A DNA stretch of 21,608 bases from Sandaracinaceae bacterium (GCA_044220955.1 JBGAQA010000105.1:1-21608); one strand, 5' to 3'; counted from the stretch's first letter, positions 8,533-17,469 are shown. Notes: generated from the sequence alone by a model not told the origin. Translations and numbers: made by a program.

Positions 8533-10034
8533 TCTCCGACTACCTCGGCGCCCTCGCGTCTCTCGCGCCGCTGCTCTGGGTGGCCGGAGCGGGCCTGGTG
8601 ATGATGCTCGTCGACGCGCTCGTGAAGGAGCGCGCGCACCTCGGGCTGATGACCTTCTTCATCCTGCTCGTCGGCTGCGGGCTCTCGCTCGCGCTCTGGG
8701 ACGACCCCCCGTCCGAGCAGCTCACGCTGGGCGGCTACCTCGCGCTCGACCGGCTCGCGCTCTTCATCGACGTCACCGTCTGCGGCGGCGGCGCGCTCGC
8801 GGCGCTCCTGGCCGGCGGCTACCTCAACGAGCACGGCCTCGAGCGTGGCGAGTTCTACCTCGTGCTGCTCTTCTCGGTGTTCGGCGCGATGGTCCTCGGC
8901 CGGGCCTCGGACCTGCTGACGCTCTTCGTCGCGCTCGAGACGCTCTCGCTCGGCGTGTACGGCCTGGTCGCGTTCCGGCGCCACAGCCCGCGCGCCGCGG
9001 AGGGCGCGATGAAGTACTTCCTTCTCGGCTCGTTCGCCTCGGCGATCCTGCTCTTCGGCTCGGCGCTGCTCTACGGCGCGACGGGGGCGACGAGCTTCGA
9101 GGCCATCGGCGCCTCGCTCGAGGGCGGTGACGCAGACCTGCGTCTGACGATCCTGGGCATGGCGCTGATCCTGATCGGCCTCGCTTTCAAGGTCAGCGCG
9201 GTGCCCTTCCACCAGTGGACGCCGGACGCCTACGAGGGCGCGGTCACGCCGGCGACCAGCTTCATGGCCGTGGTGGTCAAGTCGGCGGTGTTCGCGATCA
9301 TCATCCGCGTCTTCGTCGTGCTCTTCGGCACCGAGACGTTCACGACGACGGGCTCGGGCTGGCTCCCGGCGGTCGCGGGCCTGGCGGCCGTCACGATGGT
9401 CGTCGGCAACGTCGCCGCGCTCTCGCAGAAGAACGTGAAGCGGATGCTCGCGTACTCCTCGATCGCCCACGGCGGCTTCATCCTGATCGGCGTGGTCGCC
9501 GCGGGTCTCGCGCGCGGCACGAGCCAGGAGGCCGCCGCCCAGGCCCTCTCGTCGGTGCTCTACTACCTGCTCGCGTACACCGCATCGAACATCCTGGCCT
9601 TCGGCGCGCTCATCTGGGCGGGCAGCAAGGGCAAGGAGGCCGTCACGTACGACGACCTCGCAGGGCTCGGGCGCCGCCACCCCGTCGTGGCCCTGCCCTT
9701 CACCCTCGGCATCCTCTCGCTGATGGGCTTCCCCCCGACGGCCGGCTTCTTCGCGAAGTACGCCATCCTGGCGGCGGCCGTCTCGCAGGGTGGCGGGATG
9801 ATCTGGCTCGCCATCCTCGGCGTGCTCTCGAGCGCCGTGGGCGCGTACTACTACCTGCGCGTCCTGGTGTACCTCTTCATGAAGCAGCCGGAGAACGGCG
9901 CGGCGGTCGCGGTGCCGATGCGCTCGTTCTACGTGGTGAGCGCGCTCGTGCTCTCGAGCTACTTCGTGATCCGCATGGGCCTGGCCCCGACGCACTACCT
10001 CGAGCTCGCGCTCGCGGCCGCACAGCTCTCCTGA
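8529..10034 (+). CDS. nuoN: NADH-quinone oxidoreductase subunit N
   Basis: EGAMKYFLLGSFAS, FKVSAVPFHQWTPDAYEGA, KRMLAYSSIAHGG and GFPPTAGFFAK motifs. Confidence 0.96.
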   Translation: MISDYLGALASLAPLLWVAGAGLVMMLVDALVKERAHLGLMTFFILLVGCGLSLALWDDPPSEQLTLGGYLALDRLALFIDVTVCGGGALAALLAGGYLNEHGLERGEFYLVLLFSVFGAMVLGRASDLLTLFVALETLSLGVYGLVAFRRHSPRAAEGAMKYFLLGSFASAILLFGSALLYGATGATSFEAIGASLEGGDADLRLTILGMALILIGLAFKVSAVPFHQWTPDAYEGAVTPATSFMAVVVKSAVFAIIIRVFVVLFGTETFTTTGSGWLPAVAGLAAVTMVVGNVAALSQKNVKRMLAYSSIAHGGFILIGVVAAGLARGTSQEAAAQALSSVLYYLLAYTASNILAFGALIWAGSKGKEAVTYDDLAGLGRRHPVVALPFTLGILSLMGFPPTAGFFAKYAILAAAVSQGGGMIWLAILGVLSSAVGAYYYLRVLVYLFMKQPENGAAVAVPMRSFYVVSALVLSSYFVIRMGLAPTHYLELALAAAQLS

Positions 10035-10040
10035 GGGGCG

Positions 10041-10898
10041 ATGCGGCGCGCTGCGGCGCTAACTTGCGTCTGTCTCGCAGCGTCGATCGCGGCCTGCGGC
10101 GGCGAGTCGGCCCCGCCCACGAGCGGGGAGCCGGAGCGCGCGCCCCCGTCGTCGAGCGCCTCCGCGTCGTCGACCGAGCTGACCTTCGGCGTCGTCGAGG
10201 GCGTCGTCCGGCTCGCCGAGGGCGAGGAGCCGCCCGGCTACGACGACTCGCCCTTCGACGGCCCGAGCGCCGGGCAGCTGCCCTCGGAGTGCGCCCCGGC
10301 CCACCGCAGCGACCGGCGTCCGTTGATCCTGGACGACGCGCGCGGGGTCGCGAACGTCGCGGTCGGCGCGATGGGCGATCCCAGCCGCTGGCCGCGCTCG
10401 GACACGCCGGCCATCCGCGAGATCCACATCGCGGACTGTCGTCTCGGGCCGCTGACGCTCACGGGGACGGTCGGCGACCGCGTCCGCATCACGAACGAGA
10501 TGACCTATCCGTTCATGCCCGACATCGGCGCCGGCTACCTCCAGGCGGTGATCCCCGACAGTCCGATGGAGGTCCCGCTGATCCAGGCCGGCGTCCGCGA
10601 GGTCCACTGCGGCTTCTCGGCTCCGTGCGGCCGCGCGCAGCTCGTCGTGTTCCACAACCCGGTGCACACGGTCACGACCGAGGGCGGGCACTTCCGGCTC
10701 GAGCGTGCGCCCGCCGACCAGGAGCTTACGCTCACCGCGTACCACCCGCTGCTGGCCGCCCCCGCGACCGCGACCGCGACCGTCGCCCCTGGGCAGACGG
10801 TGCACGTCGAGATCGTCGTCCACGCGCCCGCTGCGCCTACTCCCGGCGCGCCGCCCGCGACGGCTGCGCCGCCCGAGGCGCCCGCCGTCACCCCGTAG
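10041..10898 (+). CDS. Putative lipoprotein with carboxypeptidase-regulatory-like / cupredoxin-like beta domains
   Basis: Signal peptide with lipobox IAAC; GVVEGVVRL and VFHNPVHTVTTEGGHFRLERAP segments; 6 nt after nuoN, so probably co-transcribed. Confidence 0.7.
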   Translation: MRRAAALTCVCLAASIAACGGESAPPTSGEPERAPPSSSASASSTELTFGVVEGVVRLAEGEEPPGYDDSPFDGPSAGQLPSECAPAHRSDRRPLILDDARGVANVAVGAMGDPSRWPRSDTPAIREIHIADCRLGPLTLTGTVGDRVRITNEMTYPFMPDIGAGYLQAVIPDSPMEVPLIQAGVREVHCGFSAPCGRAQLVVFHNPVHTVTTEGGHFRLERAPADQELTLTAYHPLLAAPATATATVAPGQTVHVEIVVHAPAAPTPGAPPATAAPPEAPAVTP

Positions 10899-11811
10899 CG
10901 CGCTTCGGTACCGGCACGCGATCGCCGTCTCGCACGGCGACCACGTCGCCGCCCGGCCAGGCCTCGAGCGCCTCCGCGACGAAGGGCTTGGTCGACCCGT
11001 AGCGCTGCGAGAAGTGCGTCAGGACCAGGCGCCGTACGCCCGCCTCGCGCGCGATCGTCCCCGCCTGCCCAGCCGTGAGGTGCCCGTGCGAGCGCGCCTC
11101 GCGCTCCTCCTCGGAGAGGTACGTCGACTCGCAGATCAGCAGGTCGACGTCCCGCGCGAGCGCGATCGTGCTCTCGCACATGCGTGTGTCCATCACGACG
11201 GCGAAGCTCTGGCCGCGCTTGAACAGGCTCACGTCGTCGAGGTGCACGGTCTTGCCGTCCGCCACGATCTCGCCGTTCCGGATGAGCTCCTTGATCGCCG
11301 GGCCGCGCACGCCCGCCTCCTCGAGCTTCTCGGGCAGCATCGTGCGGCCGTCCTTCTCGCGGAAGCGATAGCCGTACGTCTCGACGCCGTGGTCGAGCCG
11401 CTTGACGCTCACCTCGAGCTTGCCGGTGGTCAGGATCGTCCCCTCGCCGCGGATCGGGCGCGGCGCGATGCGCCCGACGTCGTGGTAGATCGAGGCGTGC
11501 CGCAGGCGCTCGTAGAAGAGCTGCCCCGAGGCGGGATAGTGCACCTCCACCTCGTGGGGCACGCGGTCGAGGCTGATGCGCTGGTGCAGCCCGGCGAGGC
11601 CCAGGCAGTGGTCGCCGTGGAAGTGCGTGATGAAGATGCGCGTGATCTGCGTGACGGTGACGTCCGCGTAGATCATCTGGCGCTGGGTGCCCTCGCCCGG
11701 GTCGAAGAGGAAGCCCTCGTCGTCCCAGCGCACGAGGTAGCCGTTGTGGTTCCGGAACCGCGTCGGAACCTGGCTGGACGTGCCGAGGACGATGAGCTCG
11801 CGAGCGGACAT
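10888..11811 (-). CDS. rnz: Ribonuclease Z
   Basis: LGTSSQVPT, FDPGEGTQRQ, THFHGDH, exosite GVRGP, ICESTY, HLTA and LTHFSQRY motifs; 11-nt convergent overlap with the lipoprotein gene. Confidence 0.93.
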   Translation of the reverse strand: MSARELIVLGTSSQVPTRFRNHNGYLVRWDDEGFLFDPGEGTQRQMIYADVTVTQITRIFITHFHGDHCLGLAGLHQRISLDRVPHEVEVHYPASGQLFYERLRHASIYHDVGRIAPRPIRGEGTILTTGKLEVSVKRLDHGVETYGYRFREKDGRTMLPEKLEEAGVRGPAIKELIRNGEIVADGKTVHLDDVSLFKRGQSFAVVMDTRMCESTIALARDVDLLICESTYLSEEEREARSHGHLTAGQAGTIAREAGVRRLVLTHFSQRYGSTKPFVAEALEAWPGGDVVAVRDGDRVPVPKRATG

Positions 11812-11867
11812 GGGGACGGGGCCCCCTCGTGACAGACCGATCGGGCGGGCGCAAGGGCCGGGGGCGC

Positions 11868-11895
11868 TTGACGGCGCCTCAAGCCCACGTACGGT
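11868..11895 (+). promoter_or_regulatory. Candidate sigma70 promoter of the BI-1 family gene
   Basis: TTGACG (11868-11873), 16-nt spacer, TACGGT (11890-11895). Confidence 0.45.
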
Positions 11896-11920
11896 GCAGG
11901 CACACCCCGAGGAGCCCGCG

Positions 11921-12634
11921 ATGCAATACCAGCCCCAGTACTCCGGCGTCGGCAGCGCAGCCCAGTCCTCCGTCGAGGACCGCGCGGGCTTCCTCGTGCG
12001 CACGTACCTGCACCTCGTCGGCGCGATCTTCGCGTTCGTGTTCCTCGAGGCGGCCTACTTCGTGACGCCGATCGCCGGCATCTTCTTCCAGGTGCTCTGG
12101 CAGTTCGGGAACCTCGGCTGGCTCGTGGTGATGGGCGCCTTCATCGGCGTCAGCTGGCTCGCGGACCGCTGGGCGCGCGGCGGGTCGAGCCAGCTCATGC
12201 AGTACGCGGGGCTCGGGATCTACGTCGTCGCGGAGTCGGTGATCTTCATGCCGATCCTCTACCTGGCGTCGCTGATGGATCCGACGGCCATCCCGACGGC
12301 CGGCCTCGTGACGCTGGTGCTCTTCGGCGGCCTCACGGGCATCGTGTTCCTCACGCGGCGGGACTTCTCGTGGCTGCGCGGCGTCCTCGGCGTCGCGGCC
12401 ATCGGATCGCTCGCGACCATCGTCTGCGCGATGATCTTCGGCTTCTCGCTCGGCGTGTGGTTCTCGGGCGCGATGGTCATCGTCGCCGGGGGCTACATCC
12501 TGTTCTACACGTCGAACGTGCTGCTCCACTACCGGACCGACCAGCACGTCGCGGCGGCGCTCGCCCTGTTCTCGTCGGTCGCGCTGCTCTTCTGGTACGT
12601 GCTGCGCATCTTCCTGAGCAGCAGCCGGCGCTGA
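11921..12634 (+). CDS. Bax inhibitor-1/YccA family membrane protein
   Basis: RAGFLVRTYLHL, TRRDFSWL, ILFYTSNV and AALALFSSVALLFWYVLRI; about 7 hydrophobic segments; GAGGAG upstream. Confidence 0.85.
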   Translation: MQYQPQYSGVGSAAQSSVEDRAGFLVRTYLHLVGAIFAFVFLEAAYFVTPIAGIFFQVLWQFGNLGWLVVMGAFIGVSWLADRWARGGSSQLMQYAGLGIYVVAESVIFMPILYLASLMDPTAIPTAGLVTLVLFGGLTGIVFLTRRDFSWLRGVLGVAAIGSLATIVCAMIFGFSLGVWFSGAMVIVAGGYILFYTSNVLLHYRTDQHVAAALALFSSVALLFWYVLRIFLSSSRR

Positions 12635-12804
12635 TCTTCCGAGGGCCGATACCGGCCCTCCCCAGACCGGCAGAGCCGGATCTGGGGCCCCTCCCTGGTT
12701 CCGCTCGCCTCGCTCGCGAGCGACACGGCCTCCCGCACGCGCGGACCGGATCATCGCCGCGGCTGCCCTCGCGTCGCGCACCGCTCTGCCCGGGCGGCCG
12801 CGAT

Positions 12805-12832
12805 TTGCGGCTCCCGAGGCCCGTGGTATAGC
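12805..12832 (+). promoter_or_regulatory. rpsB promoter with extended -10
   Basis: TTGCGG (12805-12810), 16-nt spacer, TG-g-TATAGC (12824-12832), followed by a GC-rich discriminator, as in known rpsB promoters. Confidence 0.6.
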
Positions 12833-12884
12833 CCGCGCCGCTCCGGATTCCCGGGGCCGGTTCCGGTCATCCGGGGCCGAAATC

Positions 12885-12995
12885 CCGCACATCGTCGGAA
12901 ACGGGGGTCGACCCCGTGGACACGAGAGGGCCCGGTGCTCGAAGCCTTTCGGCCGAGAGTTGCCCCTCGAGACGGTGGAGGAAACAACCGGAGGA
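12885..12995 (+). promoter_or_regulatory. rpsB 5' leader, t44/S2-autoregulatory-like structured RNA
   Basis: CACATCGTC...GACGGTG closing stem followed by GAGGAAACAACC; internal hairpins acgggg-gtcga-ccccgt and gagagggc...gcccctc; internal CCGGTGC. Confidence 0.6.
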
Positions 12996-12999
12996 CAGC

Positions 13000-13950
13000 A
13001 TGACCGACGCAGCCACGACCGAAGACTACGCTTCCGATCTCCCGCTCTCGCTCAAGTCCCTCATCGATGCCGGCGTCCACTTCGGACATCAGACCCGTCG
13101 CTGGGACCCCAAGATGCGCCCGTTCATCTTCGGCGCGCGCAACGGGATCCACATCATCGATCTCGACCAGACGGCGCTGCTCTTCAAGCGCGCGTACGAC
13201 TTCCTCGTCGAGTCGGTCGGCCGCGGCGGGCACGTGCTCTTCGTCGGCACCAAGCGCCAGGCCGTGGACACCGTCCGCGAAGAGGCGACGCGCTGCGGTC
13301 AGTTCTTCGTCACGGGCCGCTGGCTCGGCGGCACGCTCACGAACTTCCGCACCGTGAAGGGCGCCATCGACCGCCTCCGCGAGCTCGACCGCATGTTCGA
13401 GGACGGCACGGCCGAGAACTTCGTCAAGAAGGAGCAGATGAAGCTCAAGCGCGAGCAGGAGCGCCTCGAGAAGTTCATCGGCGGCATCAAGATGATGAAC
13501 GCGCTGCCGACGGCGGTGTTCGTGATCGACCCGCACCACGAGCACATCGCGGTGAACGAGGCGAACAAGCTCGGCATCCCGATCGTCGCGATCACCGACA
13601 CGAACTGCAACCCGGACCTCATCGACTACGTCGTGCCGGGCAACGACGACGCGATCCGGTCGATCAAGCTCTTCACGGGCAAGATCGCCGACGCGTGCGT
13701 CGAGGGCCAGCAGCGCCGTCGCGAGACCCAGCAGGGCCGCGGCGACGCCAACGCGCGCGCGCAGGGCGGCGAGGGCGGCGAGGGCCGCGGTGACCGCAAG
13801 GTCGAGGTCGAGTTCCAGCGCGCCCGTCGTGGCGGCGGTGGCGGCGGCCCGCGCGGCGGCGGCGGTCGCGGCCCGCGCGGCGGCGGCGGCGCTCCCGAGG
13901 GCGGCGCGGGCGGCGGCGAGGCCGGCGGCGGCGAGAGCCCGAGCAACTGA
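13000..13950 (+). CDS. rpsB: 30S ribosomal protein S2 with Gly/Arg-rich tail
   Basis: [25 protein letters not shown] and [22 protein letters not shown] motifs; GGAGG at 12990-12994. Confidence 0.98.
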   Translation: MTDAATTEDYASDLPLSLKSLIDAGVHFGHQTRRWDPKMRPFIFGARNGIHIIDLDQTALLFKRAYDFLVESVGRGGHVLFVGTKRQAVDTVREEATRCGQFFVTGRWLGGTLTNFRTVKGAIDRLRELDRMFEDGTAENFVKKEQMKLKREQERLEKFIGGIKMMNALPTAVFVIDPHHEHIAVNEANKLGIPIVAITDTNCNPDLIDYVVPGNDDAIRSIKLFTGKIADACVEGQQRRRETQQGRGDANARAQGGEGGEGRGDRKVEVEFQRARRGGGGGGPRGGGGRGPRGGGGAPEGGAGGGEAGGGESPSN

Positions 13951-13976
13951 GCCCCGAGAGAACCAGGAGAAGTACG

Positions 13977-14657
13977 ATGGCGAACGTCACCGCAGCACAG
14001 GTCAAGTCTCTCCGTGATCGCACGGGCGCCGGCATGAACGACTGCCGTCAGGCGCTCATCGAGGCCGAGGGCGCCGAGGACAAGGCCGTCGAGATCATCC
14101 AGAAGAAGGGCCTCGCGAAGGCCGCCAAGAAGGCCGGCGCGATCGCGGCCGAGGGCCGCATCGTCAGCTACATCCACTCCAACCAGCGCATCGGCGTCCT
14201 CGCCGAGGTCAACTGCCAGACGGACTTCACGGCGCGCAGCGAGGAGTTCGTGAAGTTCTGCGACGAGGTCGCGCTGCAGATCGCGTCGAGCTCGCCGCTC
14301 TACGTGAAGCGCGACGAGGTCCCGCAGGCCGAGAAGGACAAGCAGGTCGAGATCTTCCGCGGCCAGATGGCCGAGGAAGAGGCCAAGACCGGCAAGAAGC
14401 GCCCGGAGGCGGCGGTCGCGAAGATCCTCGAGGGCAAGCTCGACAAGTGGCTGTCCGAGGTGTGCCTGAACGAGCAGGAGCTCGTCACGCGCGAGGACAA
14501 GACCACCGTCGGCGCGGCGGCGGACGGGCTCACCGCCAAGATCGGCGAGAAGATCGGCGTGCGCCGGTTCCATCGCTTCGAGCTGGGCGAGGGCATCGAG
14601 AAGAAGACCGTCGACTTCGCGGCCGAGGTCGCGGCCCAGGTCGCCGCTTCCAATTGA
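13977..14657 (+). CDS. tsf: Elongation factor Ts (short type)
   Basis: VKSLRDRTGAGMNDC, AEG, EVNCQTDF and IGEKIGVRRF motifs; AGGAG upstream; follows rpsB. Confidence 0.97.
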   Translation: MANVTAAQVKSLRDRTGAGMNDCRQALIEAEGAEDKAVEIIQKKGLAKAAKKAGAIAAEGRIVSYIHSNQRIGVLAEVNCQTDFTARSEEFVKFCDEVALQIASSSPLYVKRDEVPQAEKDKQVEIFRGQMAEEEAKTGKKRPEAAVAKILEGKLDKWLSEVCLNEQELVTREDKTTVGAAADGLTAKIGEKIGVRRFHRFELGEGIEKKTVDFAAEVAAQVAASN

Positions 14658-14745
14658 CGACCGGAGTGCCCGCCACGGAGGGCCCGGACGGAAGCGCGCG
14701 GGCGCGCGCGGACGGAAGGGACCGGAGGGGCGAGCCGAGCGCTGG

Positions 14746-14782
14746 AAGGGCCCGCGGACGAACATCCGCGGGCCTTTTCGTT
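14746..14782 (+). terminator. Intrinsic terminator after tsf
   Basis: aagGGCCCGCGGA-cgaaca-TCCGCGGGCC followed by ttttcgtt. Confidence 0.8.
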
Positions 14783-14798
14783 GTATAGAGCCTCCCGG

Positions 14799-15530
14799 AT
14801 GGCCGAGACGCTCAAGCACAAGCGGGTGATGCTCAAGCTCTCCGGCGAGGCGCTCGCCGGAGCCGACGGCGCCTTCGGGATCGATCCCGCGACGCTGCTC
14901 GTGCTGGCCACCGAGGTGGCCGAGGCGCACGCGCTCGGCGCGGAGTGCGGCGTCGTGATCGGCGGCGGCAACATCTTCCGCGGCCTCAAGGGCCACGGGC
15001 AGGGGATGGATCGCTCGACGGCCGACTACATGGGCATGCTCGCGACGGTGATCAACGCGCTCGCGCTGCAGGACACGCTCGAGCGGCTGAAGGTCGACAC
15101 GCGCGTGGTCTCTGCGCTCGACATCCGACAGGTCGCCGAGCCCTACATCCGCCGGCGCGCCGTGCGGCACCTCGAGAAGGGCCGCGTGGTCATCTTCGCC
15201 GCGGGCACGGGAAACCCGTTCTTCTCGACGGACACCGCGGCCGCGCTCCGCTCGATGGAGATCGGCGCGTCGCTCCTCTGCAAGGCGACCAACGTCGAGG
15301 GCGTCTACGACAAGGACCCCAAGAAGCACCCCGACGCGGTGATGTACCGGCGGCTCGACTACGATCGGTGCCTCAGCGACCGCATCGGCGTGATGGACTC
15401 GACCGCCATCACGCTCTGTCGCGAGAACAGGCTCCCCATCCGCGTGTTCGCGCTGCTCAAGCGCGGCAACATCAAGCGCGTGCTGCTCGGCGAGGACGTC
15501 GGGACGCTGGTGTCCGAGGAGAAATCATGA
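14799..15530 (+). CDS. pyrH: Uridylate kinase
   Basis: [40 protein letters not shown] and VMDSTA motifs. Confidence 0.97.
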   Translation: MAETLKHKRVMLKLSGEALAGADGAFGIDPATLLVLATEVAEAHALGAECGVVIGGGNIFRGLKGHGQGMDRSTADYMGMLATVINALALQDTLERLKVDTRVVSALDIRQVAEPYIRRRAVRHLEKGRVVIFAAGTGNPFFSTDTAAALRSMEIGASLLCKATNVEGVYDKDPKKHPDAVMYRRLDYDRCLSDRIGVMDSTAITLCRENRLPIRVFALLKRGNIKRVLLGEDVGTLVSEEKS

Positions 15531-15556
15531 ATTGCCTGAAGGCTGGTGGGCCATGA
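15527..15556 (+). CDS. Micro-[12 protein letters not shown] coupled at both ends (cassette copy 2)
   Basis: ATG 15527 overlaps the pyrH TGA; TGA 15554-15556 overlaps the frr ATG 15553; GAGGAG just upstream; near-identical to 8500-8532. Translation is inferred, not shown. Confidence 0.65.
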   Translation: MNCLKAGGP

Positions 15557-16110
15557 TCCAAGAAACGCTCGACGAGTTGAAGGGGAGCATCGGCAAGGCG
15601 CACGAGGCGCTCAAGCGCGAGCTCTCACGCCTGCGCACCGGGCGCGCGTCCCCCGAGCTGCTCGACTCGATCCGGGTCGACTACTACGGCACGTCGACGC
15701 CGGTGACGCAGATGGCGAGCGTCTCGGTGCCGGAGCCGCGCCTCCTGGTCATCAAGCCGTTCGACGCGGGGATGATCAAGCAGATCGAGCAGACGATCCT
15801 GCAGTCGCCGCTCGGGCTCACGCCGCAGAACGACGGCAAGATCATCCGGCTGCCGATGCCGCCGCTCACCGAGCAGCGGCGCAAGGAGCTCGCCAAGGTC
15901 GCCAAGGGCCACGGCGAGGACTGCAAGGTCGCGATCCGCAAGGCGCGCCACGAGTGCCGCGACATGCTGGCCGAGATCGAGAAGGACGGCGGGGCCAGCG
16001 CCGACGAGGTCGACCGCGCGAAGAAGGCGATGGAGGACATCGTGAAAGAGGGCACCGACCGGTCGGACGAGCTCGTCGCCCACAAGGAAAAGGACATCCT
16101 CTCGCTCTAG
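15553..16110 (+). CDS. frr: Ribosome recycling factor
   Basis: LRTGRASP, IRVDYYG, LGLTPQNDG and PPLTEQRRKEL motifs; canonical position after pyrH. Confidence 0.97.
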   Translation: MIQETLDELKGSIGKAHEALKRELSRLRTGRASPELLDSIRVDYYGTSTPVTQMASVSVPEPRLLVIKPFDAGMIKQIEQTILQSPLGLTPQNDGKIIRLPMPPLTEQRRKELAKVAKGHGEDCKVAIRKARHECRDMLAEIEKDGGASADEVDRAKKAMEDIVKEGTDRSDELVAHKEKDILSL

Positions 16111-16125
16111 TGTCCGGGGCTCGCG

Positions 16126-16215
16126 CCCCTCACCCAGCCCTCTCGCCGCGAGCGGGGAGAGGGCTTCGAGCTCGGTTCCCTCTCCCACCTCGTGGGAGAG
16201 GGCTAGGGTGAGGGC
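16126..16215. repeat. BoxC-like nested palindromic extragenic repeat
   Basis: Outer inverted repeat ccctcacccagccctctc / gagagggctagggtgaggg enclosing two hairpins, gccctctcgccgc...ggagagggc and ccctctcccac-ctc-gtgggagaggg. Confidence 0.7.
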
Positions 16216-16249
16216 GACGCGCCACCGATCGACCCAGGGACCGCCATCC

Positions 16250-17437
16250 ATGCTCGAGCACTTCTCCCGACGCGCAGAACCTTCGGAGCTCGAGCAGCGT
16301 CCGCTCGCGGGGCTGCGCGTGCTCGACGTCTCCCGCCTCTTGCCGGGTCCCTTCGCGGCCATGGCGCTCGCCGACCTCGGCGCGAAGGTCGACAAGATCG
16401 AGGACGCGGGCGGCGGCGACTACCTGCGCTTCATGCCGCCGCACGTCTCGACCGGGCAGAACGCCGTCTTCGAGATGCTGAACCGCGGCAAGCGCAGCGT
16501 CGTGCTCGATCTCAAGAAGGAGCCGGCGCGGGCCGCGTTCCGCAAGCTGATCACGCGCTACGACGTCCTGATCGAGAGCTTCCGGCCGGGCGTGATGGCC
16601 AAGCTCGGGCTCGGTTACGAGTCGCTCGCCGCGCTCAACCCCGGGCTCGTGTACTGCGCGATCACCGGCTACGGCCAGACGGGGCCGCTCGCGATGCGCG
16701 CGGGACACGACATCGACTACCTCGCGCACGCGGGCGTGCTCGGGCTCACGGGCCCCGAGGACGGCGCGCCTCAGGTCGCCGGCGTGCAGATGGCCGACAT
16801 CGGTGGCGGCGCGGCGTATGCGCTGGTCGGGATCCTCGCGGCGCTCTCGGCGCGCGGCATCACCGGCAAGGGCCGCTTCGTCGATGTCTCGATGTGCGAG
16901 GGGTCGGCGAGCTTCGGCGCGTTCGGGCTGATGAGCGCTTGGGGCGGCATGTCCTTGCCCAAGGGCACGGGCCCGCTCTCGGGCGGGATCGCGCCGTTCC
17001 AGAACTACCTCACCAAGGACGGCCGCAGCGTCGCGCTCGGCGCGCTCGAGCCGAAGTTCTGGATCGCGTTCGCCACGGCGGTCGGGCTCGATCCGGACAT
17101 GACGGCGCTCGCGCCGGGCGAGCACCAGCCCGAGTGGAAGCGGAAGGTCGCGGCGATCTTCGCCGACAAGACGCTCGCCGAGTGGATCGCGTTCGCCGAG
17201 AAGGTGGACTGCTGTCTCGAGCCGGTCCTCACGCCCGAGGAGGTCGCGGAGCACCCGCACCACCGCGCGCGCGGCTTCGTCGCGGACGTGACGCTGCGCG
17301 ACGGCTCGACCCTGCCGCAGCTCAAGACGCCCACGGCGCACGCGATGGCGCAGGGCTTCGCCCCACGGCAGGGCGAGCACACCGCCGAGGTGCTGCGCGA
17401 GGCGGGCCTCAGCGACGCGGAGATCGCAGCGCTGTAG
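16250..17437 (+). CDS. CaiB/BaiF (family III) CoA-transferase, AMACR-like
   Basis: PLAGLRVLDVSRLLPGP, LNRGKRS, ESFRPGV, ITGYGQTGP, GHDIDY, AD and APRQGEHT motifs. Start position uncertain. Confidence 0.92.
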   Translation: MLEHFSRRAEPSELEQRPLAGLRVLDVSRLLPGPFAAMALADLGAKVDKIEDAGGGDYLRFMPPHVSTGQNAVFEMLNRGKRSVVLDLKKEPARAAFRKLITRYDVLIESFRPGVMAKLGLGYESLAALNPGLVYCAITGYGQTGPLAMRAGHDIDYLAHAGVLGLTGPEDGAPQVAGVQMADIGGGAAYALVGILAALSARGITGKGRFVDVSMCEGSASFGAFGLMSAWGGMSLPKGTGPLSGGIAPFQNYLTKDGRSVALGALEPKFWIAFATAVGLDPDMTALAPGEHQPEWKRKVAAIFADKTLAEWIAFAEKVDCCLEPVLTPEEVAEHPHHRARGFVADVTLRDGSTLPQLKTPTAHAMAQGFAPRQGEHTAEVLREAGLSDAEIAAL

Positions 17438-17469
17438 CGTGCGTGGGGTGGAGTGGGGCTCGGCGACTG

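Noticed and set aside
3069..9995. Long antisense and alternate-frame ORFs (995, 573, 600 and 502 aa, and similar ones elsewhere)
   Set aside because: Shadow ORFs expected from high GC3 codon bias; Arg/Ala-rich, motif-free and overlapping well-supported genes.
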